Source: Candidatus Marinacidobacterales bacterium (GTDB taxonomy: Bacteria > Acidobacteriota > Vicinamibacteria > Marinacidobacterales > DATDRI01). Taken from it: 64,000 nucleotides of DNA. Position numbers and translations under genes: made by a program. The notes under the pieces were generated by a model. The model did no database searches, was not told where the DNA came from, and saw only the letters and a program-made list of their open reading frames with translations. Every line of letters begins with the position of its first letter. The stretch's first letter is position 1. Positions 1-9,959 of this stretch are shown one piece after another. The stretch is from assembly GCA_965219415.1 (NCBI GenBank), contig CBDCNP010000002.1, forward strand, positions 1,920,001-1,984,000, read 5' to 3'.

Positions 1-29
1 CAAAAGCGAGCGAAGACAAGCGACGACAA

Positions 30-1808
30 ATGTCCTATCAAGTGCTGGCCCTAAAATGGCGCCCCAAGGTTTTCGACGAGGTCGTAGGCCAAGACACCGT
101 CACCCGCACGCTTCGAAACGCCATCGAGCAAGACCGCGCGGCGCACGCCTTCCTTTTCTCCGGTGTTCGCGGCGTGGGCAAGACGACGACCGCAAGAATT
201 CTCGCCAAAGCACTGAACTGCGCCACCGGCCCCACAGTCAATCCCTGCGGCGAGTGTCCGGCTTGTTTGGAGATCGCCTCCAGCACAAGTCTCGACGTCT
301 TGGAGATCGACGGCGCCTCCAACAATGGTGTCGAACAAGTGCGGGAGATCATCGAAGCCTCTCGGTATGCGCCGTCGCGTGACCGCTTCAAGATCTACAT
401 CATCGATGAAGTCCACATGTTGACGACTCCCGCGTTCAACGCGTTGCTCAAGACACTCGAGGAACCGCCACCCCGGGTGAAGTTCATCTTCGCCACCACC
501 GAGTATCACAAGATTCCGGACACTATTGTTTCTCGGTGTCAGCAATTCGAGTTCTGCACCGTGCCCCGCCCAATCATCTCCGACCAGCTGCGCAAAATTG
601 CTCAGCATGAGGGGATAGAGATCGGAGACGCCGCAGTTTCTCAAATTGCTCGGGCGGCGGAAGGTAGTCTACGGGATGCTCTCTCCGCGCTCGATCAGGT
701 GCTCGCTGCGGTGGGAACGAAGATCGAAGAGAAAGATGTAGCCGAGCTGCTGGGACTCATCGATCACCAGGTGCTGGCCGAGGCGGCTCGTGCCATCATG
801 GACCGCCGGACCGGTGCCATCCTTTCCATTGTCGACGAACTGGTCCGCGGGGGGCGAGACCTCAGGAGTTTCGCGCGCGGGCTCATTCAATATTTCCGTG
901 ACCTCTTGGTCGTTCGTGCCGCCCCTGACTCGCCCGAGCTCGTCGAGCTGGCCGGGGATCGGCAGGAACTCGACGAGCTGTCGAGTCGACTCTCCGAAGA
1001 TGATTTGATCCGTAGCATCGATCTGCTTACGCAAGTGGAAGGTGCACTCCGCTGGGCTCCCGAGCCGCGCTTTCACCTGGAAGTCGCACTCCTGAAGTTG
1101 GCGCAACTTCGGGAGCTCGTTTCTTTCGAGGACTTACTGGCCCGTTTCGAAGCCCTCGAGTCGGGAAGCGGCCCTTCTCCGGGAACGGGTGGCACTCCGA
1201 AGCGTGCGGCTCCCAGGCTCGCGCCGAGAAAACCTACCGCGCCGGCCAGTCGACCCAAGGCTCAATCGAAGTCTGTTGCTTCACTCGCAACCGGTCCCAA
1301 GACGGCAACGTCGGCGGCTCCAAAGAAAGACGGACCATCGACCCCTGCGCCCGAAACGCCCCACACCGATGAACCGCACCAGCTGGTCGACCGCATTATG
1401 GAGCGCATCCGTTCCGTCAACCCCAAGCTCTCTGCCCTCCTCTCCCATCACAATGGCGTGAGCCTAGACGACGATTGCCTCCACATAGGCTTCGAAGTGG
1501 ACCAGAAGTTTTTCCAGGAACAGCTCCAGGACGAGGACATGCGACGAGTGCTCGAGGAGACGGCGTCCGAATGCGCAGGCCGTCCGCTGCGTGTCGAGGT
1601 TGCTCTATCCGATCGGAAGAAGGAGTCCCCACCGGAGTCACCCCCACCGTCTCAGGAGGCCCTTCGAGAGAAAGTCCTCAAGGAGCCGCTGGTCCGCTCT
1701 TTCTTGGAGACGTTCCGGGGCGAGGTCGAGGAGATCAAACCGCTCGGCGGAGCGGCTTCCGACCTAAAAGGAAAAGACCGTCCGTCCAATCGCACCAACA
1801 AGAGGTAA
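30..1808 (+). CDS. dnaX: DNA polymerase III subunit gamma/tau
   Basis: YQVLALKWRP start, Walker A GVRGVGKTT, Cys cluster CGECPAC, IIDEVHML, SRC motif, Pro/Ala-rich linker. Confidence 0.97.
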   Translation: MSYQVLALKWRPKVFDEVVGQDTVTRTLRNAIEQDRAAHAFLFSGVRGVGKTTTARILAKALNCATGPTVNPCGECPACLEIASSTSLDVLEIDGASNNGVEQVREIIEASRYAPSRDRFKIYIIDEVHMLTTPAFNALLKTLEEPPPRVKFIFATTEYHKIPDTIVSRCQQFEFCTVPRPIISDQLRKIAQHEGIEIGDAAVSQIARAAEGSLRDALSALDQVLAAVGTKIEEKDVAELLGLIDHQVLAEAARAIMDRRTGAILSIVDELVRGGRDLRSFARGLIQYFRDLLVVRAAPDSPELVELAGDRQELDELSSRLSEDDLIRSIDLLTQVEGALRWAPEPRFHLEVALLKLAQLRELVSFEDLLARFEALESGSGPSPGTGGTPKRAAPRLAPRKPTAPASRPKAQSKSVASLATGPKTATSAAPKKDGPSTPAPETPHTDEPHQLVDRIMERIRSVNPKLSALLSHHNGVSLDDDCLHIGFEVDQKFFQEQLQDEDMRRVLEETASECAGRPLRVEVALSDRKKESPPESPPPSQEALREKVLKEPLVRSFLETFRGEVEEIKPLGGAASDLKGKDRPSNRTNKR

Positions 1809-1813
1809 GACCG

Positions 1814-2119
1814 ATGTTCAAGAACATGGATCAAATACTCAAACAAGCCCAAGCGATGCAAGAGAAGTTCAAGGAGCAGCTCGGCGAAATGACAGTAGAA
1901 GGAAGCTCGGGCGGCGGCATGGTCACGGTTCAGATGGACGGCAACAAAGTCATCACCGGCCTCACCATCGACCCGGAAGTAATCAACAAAGACGACGTGG
2001 GGATGTTGCAGGACCTTATTACTGCCGCCGTCAACGAGACCGCGCGCAAGGTCGACGAAGAGAGCCAGCGCCAGCTCGGCAACATGGCAGGCGGACTCAA
2101 GATCCCCGGCCTCTTCTAG
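1814..2119 (+). CDS. ybaB: YbaB/EbfC nucleoid-associated protein
   Basis: ATG at 1814 after AGAGG; QAQAMQ...[12 protein letters not shown]...[10 protein letters not shown]; lies between dnaX and recR. Confidence 0.95.
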   Translation: MFKNMDQILKQAQAMQEKFKEQLGEMTVEGSSGGGMVTVQMDGNKVITGLTIDPEVINKDDVGMLQDLITAAVNETARKVDEESQRQLGNMAGGLKIPGLF

Positions 2120-2132
2120 ACACGGAGCAAAA

Positions 2133-2732
2133 GTGAAAGACTATCCAGAACCCGTGTCAAGACTGATCGCGGAGCTAAGGCGCCTTCCGGGCGTGGGGCT
2201 GAAGTCCGCGCAGCGAATCGCTTTCCACCTTCTCCGTAGTAACAAAGAAGAATCACAAGTTCTCTCCCAGGCAATCCGCGACCTCAAGGACAAGATCGGC
2301 ACTTGCCAGATCTGCAACAACGTCACCGATGTTGACCCCTGTAACTTCTGCACCAGGGCCGATCGTAACTCGAAACTCCTCTGCGTGGTCGAGGAGCCTC
2401 CCAACGTCGTGGCCATCGAAAAGACCCATGAGTTTAAGGGGCGCTACCACGTACTGATGGGAGCCCTCTCGCCCCTCCAAGGCGTGGGTCCGGAACAGCT
2501 AAAGATCTCAGGGCTCCTCGAGCGGCTTCGGCCCGGAGAGGTCGAGGAGGTGATCCTCGCTACCAATCCCAACGTCGAGGGCGAGGCCACCGCCATCTAT
2601 CTCTCGAAACTCATCAAGCCGCTCGGGATCCGGGTCACCCGAATCGCCATGGGAATCCCGGTGGGCAGTGAGTTAGACTACGCGGACGAGGTAACGATTC
2701 TAAAGGCCCTGGAGGGCCGTCGCGACTACTGA
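2133..2732 (+). CDS. recR: Recombination mediator RecR
   Basis: [12 protein letters not shown]4 zinc finger, Toprim [21 protein letters not shown]. Confidence 0.97.
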   Translation: MKDYPEPVSRLIAELRRLPGVGLKSAQRIAFHLLRSNKEESQVLSQAIRDLKDKIGTCQICNNVTDVDPCNFCTRADRNSKLLCVVEEPPNVVAIEKTHEFKGRYHVLMGALSPLQGVGPEQLKISGLLERLRPGEVEEVILATNPNVEGEATAIYLSKLIKPLGIRVTRIAMGIPVGSELDYADEVTILKALEGRRDY

Positions 2733-2870
2733 GGGGGAGTTTGGCCTTTTTTTTCTATGGGTTAGCGGAACAACGCTTGCACTCTGCGGGACTTTACTGT
2801 CTAAATATTAGACGCTCGCAATTGCATCCCCATTTAAGAGTGCCTAGGCTGGACGGAGGGTAACAAAGTC

Positions 2871-3371
2871 ACGGCGACCGCTGACGTGGTCATGTATGAC
2901 GAGGAGTTCAACCAGATAAAGGTCATCATCAGTAAGCTCCGAGTCGACGCCAACGCAAAACTCGTTTTCCTGGTTGACAAGAACGGGCAACAGATCGCCG
3001 CCCATGGCGACGTCGAGAACCTGGACACTACCTCTCTAGCTTCTCTAACCGCAGGTAACGTCGCGGCCACCGATGCCCTCGCCAAGCTCATTGGTGAGAG
3101 GGAGTTCTCGATCCTCTTCCACGAGGGTGAGCGGGACAATATTCACATCTCGATCGTGGGGCTTCGGGTCATTCTGGTAGTCATATTCGATGAACGTTCA
3201 TCCCTCGGATTGGTCAGACTTCGCGTAAAGAAGGCTTCCAAGGAGTTAAACGACATCTTCGACCGGATCATGAAGAAAGTCGAAACAGAGAAGAGTACCT
3301 ACGGCGCCGGCGTGGACTCGCCCTTTGCGGAAATCACGGACGAGGATATCGATAGCCTCTTTAGCGAATAA
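2871..3371 (+). CDS. mglB: Roadblock/LC7 protein, MglB-type GAP (start uncertain: ACG 2871, GTG 2886 or ATG 2892)
   Basis: FLVDKNGQQIA, LASLTAGNVAAT, SSLGLVRLRVK, acidic C-terminal helix; directly upstream of mglA. Confidence 0.92.
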   Translation, partial: TATADVVMYDEEFNQIKVIISKLRVDANAKLVFLVDKNGQQIAAHGDVENLDTTSLASLTAGNVAATDALAKLIGEREFSILFHEGERDNIHISIVGLRVILVVIFDERSSLGLVRLRVKKASKELNDIFDRIMKKVETEKSTYGAGVDSPFAEITDEDIDSLFSE

Positions 3372-3392
3372 TCTGAAGCTGGGAACGAACGG

Positions 3393-3989
3393 ATGACCTT
3401 CATCAACTACGCCTCACGGGAGATCAACTGCAAGATCGTCTACTACGGGCCGGGGCTATGCGGGAAGACCACCAACTTGCAGTTCATCTACGATAAGACG
3501 AACCCCAGTGCCAAGGGTAAGCTCATCTCTCTCGCCACCGAGACGGACCGGACTTTGTTTTTCGATTTTCTACCACTCGAGCTCGGAAACGTCCGCGGCT
3601 TCAAGACGCGCTTTCATTTGTACACGGTTCCGGGACAGGTATTCTACGACGCCTCGCGGAAGCTCATCCTCAAGGGCGTGGACGGTGTCATATTCGTCGC
3701 CGACTCCCAGCGCGAGCGCATGGATGCTAATATCGAAAGCCTTCAGAATCTCGACGCGAATCTCAAATCGCAAGGTTACGATCTTCAGAGCATTCCCTAC
3801 GTCCTCCAGCTCAACAAACGGGATCTGCCGAGCGCGGTTCCAGTCGAAGAGATGAAGAAAGCGCTCTCCGTCAGGACAGAGCCGGTCTTGGAGGCCATCG
3901 CCAAATCCGGGAACGGGGTGGGTGTCTTCGATACGTTGAAAGCGGTGGCCAAGCTGGTGCTACAGGACCTGACGAAATCAGGGACCTAA
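3393..3989 (+). CDS. mglA: MglA small Ras-like GTPase
   Basis: [41 protein letters not shown]. Confidence 0.96.
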   Translation: MTFINYASREINCKIVYYGPGLCGKTTNLQFIYDKTNPSAKGKLISLATETDRTLFFDFLPLELGNVRGFKTRFHLYTVPGQVFYDASRKLILKGVDGVIFVADSQRERMDANIESLQNLDANLKSQGYDLQSIPYVLQLNKRDLPSAVPVEEMKKALSVRTEPVLEAIAKSGNGVGVFDTLKAVAKLVLQDLTKSGT

Positions 3990-4043
3990 CCGCCCGGACG
4001 AGCTATTCTGGCTCGTGCTATACTTCCTCGCTTTCAACCCTGT

Positions 4044-4118
4044 TCCCCGGTAGCTCAATGGTGGAGCGGCGGACTGTTAATCCGATGGCTGTAGGTTCGA
4101 GTCCTACCCGGGGAGCCA
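4044..4118 (+). tRNA. tRNA-Asn (GTT)
   Basis: Acceptor stem TCCCCGG/CCGGGGA, D arm GCTC..GAGC, anticodon loop CT-GTT-AA, T arm GTAGG-TTCGAGT-CCTAC, encoded CCA; extended -10-like TGcTATACT just upstream. Confidence 0.97.
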
Positions 4119-4665
4119 ATTCCGAGGGACCTCGCAAACCCTGGAAACCTGCTAAGCCCTAGCCTCCCAAATTTTAGGGCGACCCAATGAAGAAAGCCTC
4201 GCTCTAGTAGGCATGATGATCGCCCCGAGTCGAATCAACGTAGAGAAAGAGCCCGCTCTGAACGCAAAGCGCGTGGAGTACATCAAGAGATTGATCCGAG
4301 GAGACTACCGAGCCGAATGGATTGATGGACCTATACTACGACAAGGACGCTTTGGATGCGCCTATTCCAGTGGACTCGTCACCGGGCGGGCAGACGATGC
4401 GGTGGGGAAGCGCTGAGTCTCAGCTGGGAAGAGGAATTCCCCAGCCAATCAAACCGACAATGAAATAGGTCAGGCACCCACCGACCACGAACAGGAGCAC
4501 CAGCCACCACCACCAAGGGACGTGGATCAATTCCCTCTTCTGAGCCATTCTTCACCCTCCGCGAGCCAGATGTAAGTCTCTCGGCCAACAGTAGTTGGGG
4601 TTCTTATTAGAAAGAAAACGGGTTGATCTAATTGTACCGCCTGGCCGTTGCTTTGGGAAGTTTGA

Positions 4666-5430
4666 CTAGAACTCGAGGAGGGTCGGCAGCTGGGCGATGG
4701 ACTCGAGGGTCCAGTCGGGCTGGCAGTCGATGGAGCCCGGATCGTCCAAGGCGTACTTGCCCGTCTTCACGAGAATCGTCTTCAGGCCCGCCGCGTGCCC
4801 ACCCAAGATATCGGTGTGGACATCGTCGCCAACCATGGCAACCGCGGGCAAACTTAGATCCTCTAGGGCCATTTCGAAGTAGGCGCGGTTAGGCTTTCCA
4901 ATTACTGTGGCTTCTTGGCCCGCGGCGTACTCTAGCGCCGTCACGAAGGCGCCAACGTCCATCGCCACGCCATCGAGTCTTTGCCAGAATCGGTTCTTCT
5001 GAAGGGCTATCAATCGCGCTCCACTTCGGATCAGTCGGAACGCGTGATTCAGGATGTCGTAATTGAAGTCGCGGCCGAGGTCCCCCACGACCACCGCCTC
5101 TGGGCTGTCGTCGGTGTTCTGGAAATCGGAAAAATCTTCTTGCGCGGCGGTGGGTAGCAGCAGGTGAACTCTATGGATGCCCTGTGCCCTCAACCAACGG
5201 GCTGCAACGACGCAGGTGCTGAAAACTTCCGCAGGCTCGACACGTATGCCAAAACCGCGTAGCTTCTGCGCCAACGAGAGCTGAGAAACCATGGTCGTGT
5301 TGGTGAGAAAACGGAGAGGATACTCCCGTTCTCGAAGCCATTCCATGGCCTCCACCGCTCCGGGAATAACCATGTCCTCTATATAGAGAACGCCGTCGAG
5401 GTCGACCAGGAAACCCTGGGGTAACTTCAC
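4666..5430 (-). CDS. HAD-IIA hydrolase (LHPP/HDHD2-like)
   Basis: DLDGVLY motif I, LTNTT, GKPN, MVGDDVHTDILGG, VKTGKY. Confidence 0.9.
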   Translation of the reverse strand: MKLPQGFLVDLDGVLYIEDMVIPGAVEAMEWLREREYPLRFLTNTTMVSQLSLAQKLRGFGIRVEPAEVFSTCVVAARWLRAQGIHRVHLLLPTAAQEDFSDFQNTDDSPEAVVVGDLGRDFNYDILNHAFRLIRSGARLIALQKNRFWQRLDGVAMDVGAFVTALEYAAGQEATVIGKPNRAYFEMALEDLSLPAVAMVGDDVHTDILGGHAAGLKTILVKTGKYALDDPGSIDCQPDWTLESIAQLPTLLEF

Positions 5431-5528
5431 AAGAATGGGCTGGGGATTTCGACCGACTTGCTTAGTCGGTACCGCGCTGGAAGTCCCGCCGCAGTTTAGA
5501 CCCCAGCTTGCCGAGGTCCTGCCGCAAG

Positions 5529-5942
5529 TTACTCACCAGGTCTTCGAACTCGGGGGGTCACGGCAAGTACTGCTCCTGGCACGAAGTCCGAGGAGTCCAG
5601 GAGATCCTGGAGCCTCGTCGCTTCTCCACCGCTGAGATGCGTGAATTGGACACCTTGAAGGACGGCGCTCGGAACACCCTGCGGGGAGTCGAGCTCGGGG
5701 CCGCTCCAAACGATGCGAGCCGGGGTCTTGAGCAGGTCCCCATGGCGGTAAAAGCTCATGCGTAGCATGACGATCCGGCCTTGCCCCACCGTGGTATCGG
5801 TCATCACGCACGCACCCGTCTCCGAGATGTTGGTGACGACACCGTACGCCAGATCGGTCTCCCCAACGTGTACGGCAACGGTAACCGGCTTGCGTGGCGT
5901 CAGGCGGCGGCTGGCACGATTCTGAATGAGGTTGCCTTCCAT
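5529..5942 (-). CDS. Stand-alone PilZ-domain protein
   Basis: RxxxR (RLTPR) and NISETG motifs, GVQF strand; GGAGAGGAG upstream of ATG 5942. Confidence 0.75.
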   Translation of the reverse strand: MEGNLIQNRASRRLTPRKPVTVAVHVGETDLAYGVVTNISETGACVMTDTTVGQGRIVMLRMSFYRHGDLLKTPARIVWSGPELDSPQGVPSAVLQGVQFTHLSGGEATRLQDLLDSSDFVPGAVLAVTPRVRRPGE

Positions 5943-6074
5943 CGTACTCCACTCCTCTCCCAACGGAGGGGGTGGCCTTTAGTGGTCGGGATTCTAGCCC
6001 AATTTTTATCGCTAATCGCAGTTGTTGTCAAGAGTTGCGGGGATGCGCGGAGGCGGGGAAATCGTGAGGTCGGT

Positions 6075-7091
6075 TTACGTCGCTCGGGCCGCAGCGAGGG
6101 CCCTAAGGAGGAGGAGATCGCCCTCGGATCGGGGGTTACAAATGAACCCTTCGCGAGTGTGGGCGGTCATGAATCCTCTCTGTTCCAGGATGAGCGCTTG
6201 GTGAGCCACGTACTCCTCGATGTTGGTACGGGGGAAAAACTGCGGCTCGTCGTCGACGATGGGGCCCTTGAATCGTGGCCAGCCGAAACTGAGCTCCGGG
6301 AAGTCCCGTCGCGGATAGTGGATGTTTCCCCACGAGCACTGTGGATAGATGTACCGATCGTACGTGGGCTCGGGCTCCTGAGCGGATGAACACGAGATGA
6401 TGACCTGCGGCCACCTCTCTCGTACTTCCTTCACGACGCGATTCACCCGGTCGGGCTCCCAACCCTTCCCCTGGATGTCGACTTCGTTGCCCAGCCTGAA
6501 AACGATGTTCGGTAGATCGTTGAGTCGCTCCATCACTTCGAGGACGTAGTTCTCGGTCGCTTCAAACCTCCGAAATAGTGGACCGCCATTCTGTTCGAAC
6601 TGTGTCACTAGGATGACGTACTCCATGACCGCACGCCGTGGCACGAAGGCTTGGCGGACGGTCTCCCTCACTGTCCGAACGTGCTCTCGAGAAGGATGTC
6701 GTCCAGTATCATCCACGGCGCGGTGCTTCGGCACGCGATCCAAAAGCGGATCGCTCGGCCAAAACGACGTATCGGAGAAAACCCGGAACACGACGATTCC
6801 TTCGGCGATCCCGCGCTCGACCCAGGCGATTCGGTCTTCCGAGGAGCGACCCAACAAACCGAAGCTCGTATAACCGATGTAGTCGAAGTTGAATGTCTTA
6901 CCAATGACCGCGGGCCGAAAGCCCTGGTTCTTCTGGGCGTACTCTTCACTCCGAAGAAGCGACTCCCTCATGTCGGCTTCGCTCATCCCAGCGTTCATTT
7001 CGATGTTGTAGAAATTACGCCCATCGGGATCGACTGCCCGTTGCAAAATGTCGCGGTAGCCGTCCCGGATGATGGAAGTGAAGTCGGGCAT
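6075..7091 (-). CDS. Putative clan GH-A-like TIM-barrel protein with shared N-terminal module
   Basis: 57-aa MPDF...LLRSEEY module; LGNEVD, NIHYPR and IVDDEP positioned like GH-A acid/base and nucleophile motifs. Confidence 0.55.
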   Translation of the reverse strand: MPDFTSIIRDGYRDILQRAVDPDGRNFYNIEMNAGMSEADMRESLLRSEEYAQKNQGFRPAVIGKTFNFDYIGYTSFGLLGRSSEDRIAWVERGIAEGIVVFRVFSDTSFWPSDPLLDRVPKHRAVDDTGRHPSREHVRTVRETVRQAFVPRRAVMEYVILVTQFEQNGGPLFRRFEATENYVLEVMERLNDLPNIVFRLGNEVDIQGKGWEPDRVNRVVKEVRERWPQVIISCSSAQEPEPTYDRYIYPQCSWGNIHYPRRDFPELSFGWPRFKGPIVDDEPQFFPRTNIEEYVAHQALILEQRGFMTAHTREGFICNPRSEGDLLLLRALAAARAT

Positions 7092-7094
7092 TCC

Positions 7095-8171
7095 TTAGAC
7101 CTGAATTGCAGCGGCCACGGGTTTCAGGACCGATTGCAGGAATTGGTAGACCGGTTTGGGTGAAAGGTCTTCGTTGACGATCCCGAACTTAGTGTTGCCC
7201 TGGTTCGGTCCGTCCCAATAGTGGAAGAAGAAAATCCGCTGTACCCAATCACTATTCCGCAGCGACGCGATGACCTCCTGGTAATACTCCACTTGATCTC
7301 CCTCTTTCGTCTCTCGCCCGGTCTCGGTGATCCAGAACGGCTTGTCCGATACTCCTAGATCCTCCATCAGGGTTCTCAAAGAAGGTCGGAAGGCCCGATC
7401 CTCTTCGAGCTCGCGAATCACGTCTCGCCCGCGGCTCGGATAGTTGTGATGGTTGATGATGTCGATGAGGTTCTTGGCCTTCATCGCCTCTTCGAACCAA
7501 TCCCTCCAATCTCCTAAGTTGGCGAGGCCGGGCGAAACGACCTGGCTAGCCGGATGGAGCTCCTTCGCCAATCGAGCCGCCGGCTGCAAGATCTGAGTCC
7601 GATACTGGCTCCTGGAGCCACGCCAAAACTGGTCGAGGTTGGGCTCGTTCCAGAATTGCCAGAATCGAACCTTGTCTCGATATCGGGTAACCGCCTCCCT
7701 GACGATGGTGGTCCAATAGCTCGTCTGGGCCGGAGGATCGCTGATCTGTGGGTTCTGCGGGTTGGACGAAGCCCAGGGTGGCGTGAAGGAGAGAGTGGCC
7801 AAGGGCTCGACGTTCAGTCTGAACGCTTGGTCGACAACGCGATCCGTATCCTCCCACCTGAAGACCCCTTGTTGCGGCTCCATGCGAAACCAATCGAAGT
7901 CGATTCGAATCCACTGCATTCCAAGGTTCCTTCCGATGTCGCGCAGCATGGTATTCGTAGGAATGTGGGCGTTGAGCCCGAGCCGCGTGGGCATGCCTGG
8001 ATCGGGATTGTTGGTCGCGTACTCCGGGCTTCGGAGTAGTGACTCGCGCATCTCGGCCTCCGACATCAACTGATTCATCAGGCCGTTGTAACTGGCGAGT
8101 CCAGTCGGATCAGGGTTTCGTTCTAGGATCTCCTGATAGGCTTCGGTAATGATGGGCGAAAAATCGGGCAT
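7095..8171 (-). CDS. Clan GH-A glycoside hydrolase (GH5/GH39-like) with shared N-terminal module
   Basis: WIRIDFDW, TPPWAS, FWNEPN, NHHNY, WITETG, FGIVNEDLSPKPVY; same N-terminal module. Confidence 0.8.
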   Translation of the reverse strand: MPDFSPIITEAYQEILERNPDPTGLASYNGLMNQLMSEAEMRESLLRSPEYATNNPDPGMPTRLGLNAHIPTNTMLRDIGRNLGMQWIRIDFDWFRMEPQQGVFRWEDTDRVVDQAFRLNVEPLATLSFTPPWASSNPQNPQISDPPAQTSYWTTIVREAVTRYRDKVRFWQFWNEPNLDQFWRGSRSQYRTQILQPAARLAKELHPASQVVSPGLANLGDWRDWFEEAMKAKNLIDIINHHNYPSRGRDVIRELEEDRAFRPSLRTLMEDLGVSDKPFWITETGRETKEGDQVEYYQEVIASLRNSDWVQRIFFFHYWDGPNQGNTKFGIVNEDLSPKPVYQFLQSVLKPVAAAIQV

Positions 8172-8202
8172 GAAGCTAGGCCTCCGGCTGGTGCGTAAGA
8201 AC

Positions 8203-8484
8203 TTATCTACTCTTACCGCGGGCCTTGGTTTTCTTCTTGCCGCGTGCCGACTTGGACTTCTTGCGCTTCGAAGATTGAGCCTTAACCGAAGCCTTCGCCG
8301 CTTGGGCAGCTTGATCAGGATTTTTGATCGCGTACTCCTCGCTTCTCAGAAGCGTCTCGCGCATCACCGCCTCGGTCATCCCTTGATTCATAAGCTGGTC
8401 GAAGTTTTCCTGGCCGCCTGGATCGGCCGGACGCGCGAGTATGCGCATGTACGCTAGATTGATGATTCGTCCAAAATCTGGCAT
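8203..8484 (-). CDS. Small protein: shared N-terminal module plus Lys/Arg-rich tail
   Basis: AGAGGTG RBS; module homologous to the two downstream genes; tail KASVKAQSSKRKKSKSARGKKKTKARGKSR. Confidence 0.8.
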   Translation of the reverse strand: MPDFGRIINLAYMRILARPADPGGQENFDQLMNQGMTEAVMRETLLRSEEYAIKNPDQAAQAAKASVKAQSSKRKKSKSARGKKKTKARGKSR

Positions 8485-8670
8485 CGCTCACCTCTTATGA
8501 GAGCACTCGGTACTAGCCTGAGAGTCTGCTCTCTGGCCTCCCCCGGGGACCCAACAATATTAGCTTACCGATCGCGCCACCGTGAGAACGATCACACTCG
8601 TTGACCAGGATTTTCACAAGGAATATATTGGGGCTTGACTAGGGGGAGCAACTTTTCAGGGTGATCGAAT

Positions 8671-9859
8671 ATGACTTATCGATGGATGTTGCTCCCTAAC
8701 ATACTGCCGCTTTGTTTCTTACTCGCCTGCCAGATTGGCGAAAACGCTGAGCCTGCCGATTTCGACGAGTTGCTCGCTAGCTTCCATCGGCTCTCGTCGC
8801 AAGAACGCCAGGAGCGGGTCGCCGACTACATCACGACCAACGGACCCACTCCGGTGATCGAAGGCAACGAAGCGATTTTCGTTGCCCAGGGCGACCCCTC
8901 GACACCTCCACGGATCCTCGGCGACTTCAACGCTTGGTGAAGAAACGACGACGGGCCTGTCGCCTCGGCAGGTAACATGACGCCGATCGAGGGAACCGAC
9001 TGGTATTACCTAAGGATGGAATTCCGTCCGGACGCGCGCATCGAGTATTCGGTCGTCCGGGGTGAGGCCGAAGAGCTGGATCCACACAACCCCTCGACGA
9101 CCGCGGGCGGCGAGCACCAGCTATCGGAGTTGGCGATGCCAGTCTACGACCCCCACCGGAGTTTTCCGAGGATACTTCGGTCCCCAAGGGCCCAGTGAAG
9201 GAGAGTATTTTCAAAAGCCGGATCTTGAGCAACGAGCGCAAGATCCTCATCTACTTGCCGAGCGGTTATGAAAAAAGTGATCGCCGCTACCCAAGCATCT
9301 ATATTGGGGATGGAGCCATCTATGCGGAACGCGGTTTTCCCGAGCTCATCGACTACGCCATCGCAGAGGGTCTCTGCCGACCACTCATTGCGGTTTTCGT
9401 AGATCCCGTCGTCCGCCGCGAAGAGTACCGGATGCACGAGGGCTATCGCCGGTTCATGACTGAAGAGCTGGTGCCCTTCATCGACGAAAGTTACCGGACC
9501 TTGACCGAGCCGAGCGAAAGGGCAACGTTGGGGGCCTTCGCGCGGAGGACTGGCGGCCGCGGACTTGGCCTATTCTCATCCGGAGATGTTCGGCTTTGCC
9601 GCGGCTTTGAACTCCCGCGACCAGGCCCACGAATTTCAACGAAGTCATTGCTTCGAATCCCGCCCGGCCGGTCCGGTTCTTCCTGATGGTCGGTCTCTAC
9701 GACACCCGCTGGGCCAACGACGGCTTCGAGCTTCGCGACGCTTTGGTCGAGGGAGGCTACGATTTCGCTTACGTGGAGGTCCCCGAGGGACACAACCTCA
9801 AGGCGCGGGGAGCCCAGTTGGACGAGATTTTCGCCGATTTTTTTCCGCCTGAACGTTGA
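8671..9859 (+). pseudogene. Fes/enterochelin-esterase-like alpha/beta hydrolase lipoprotein, several frameshifts
   Basis: Lipobox LLAC; GDFNAW, RKILIYLPSGY, EELVPFIDESYRT and VPEGHN fall in successive frames. Confidence 0.75.
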
Positions 9860-9959
9860 GCGTTCCCTTTTGAGGAAGCGAAAGACTGAGGGATCGCCGT
9901 GATATACTCGGCTCTTTCGAACCTGACGCTCATGTGGTCGGAGAAAGGAGGCGACCCGA

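Noticed and set aside
1100-1808. Programmed frameshift in dnaX
   Set aside because: No A-AAA-AAG heptamer or long A run is visible in the linker region.
2871-3989. mglBA beside recR as a novel system
   Set aside because: MglA/MglB is a well-known GTPase/GAP pair, and this gene context is familiar.
4044-8484. Island integrated at tRNA-Asn
   Set aside because: I saw no integrase and no duplicated tRNA 3' end.
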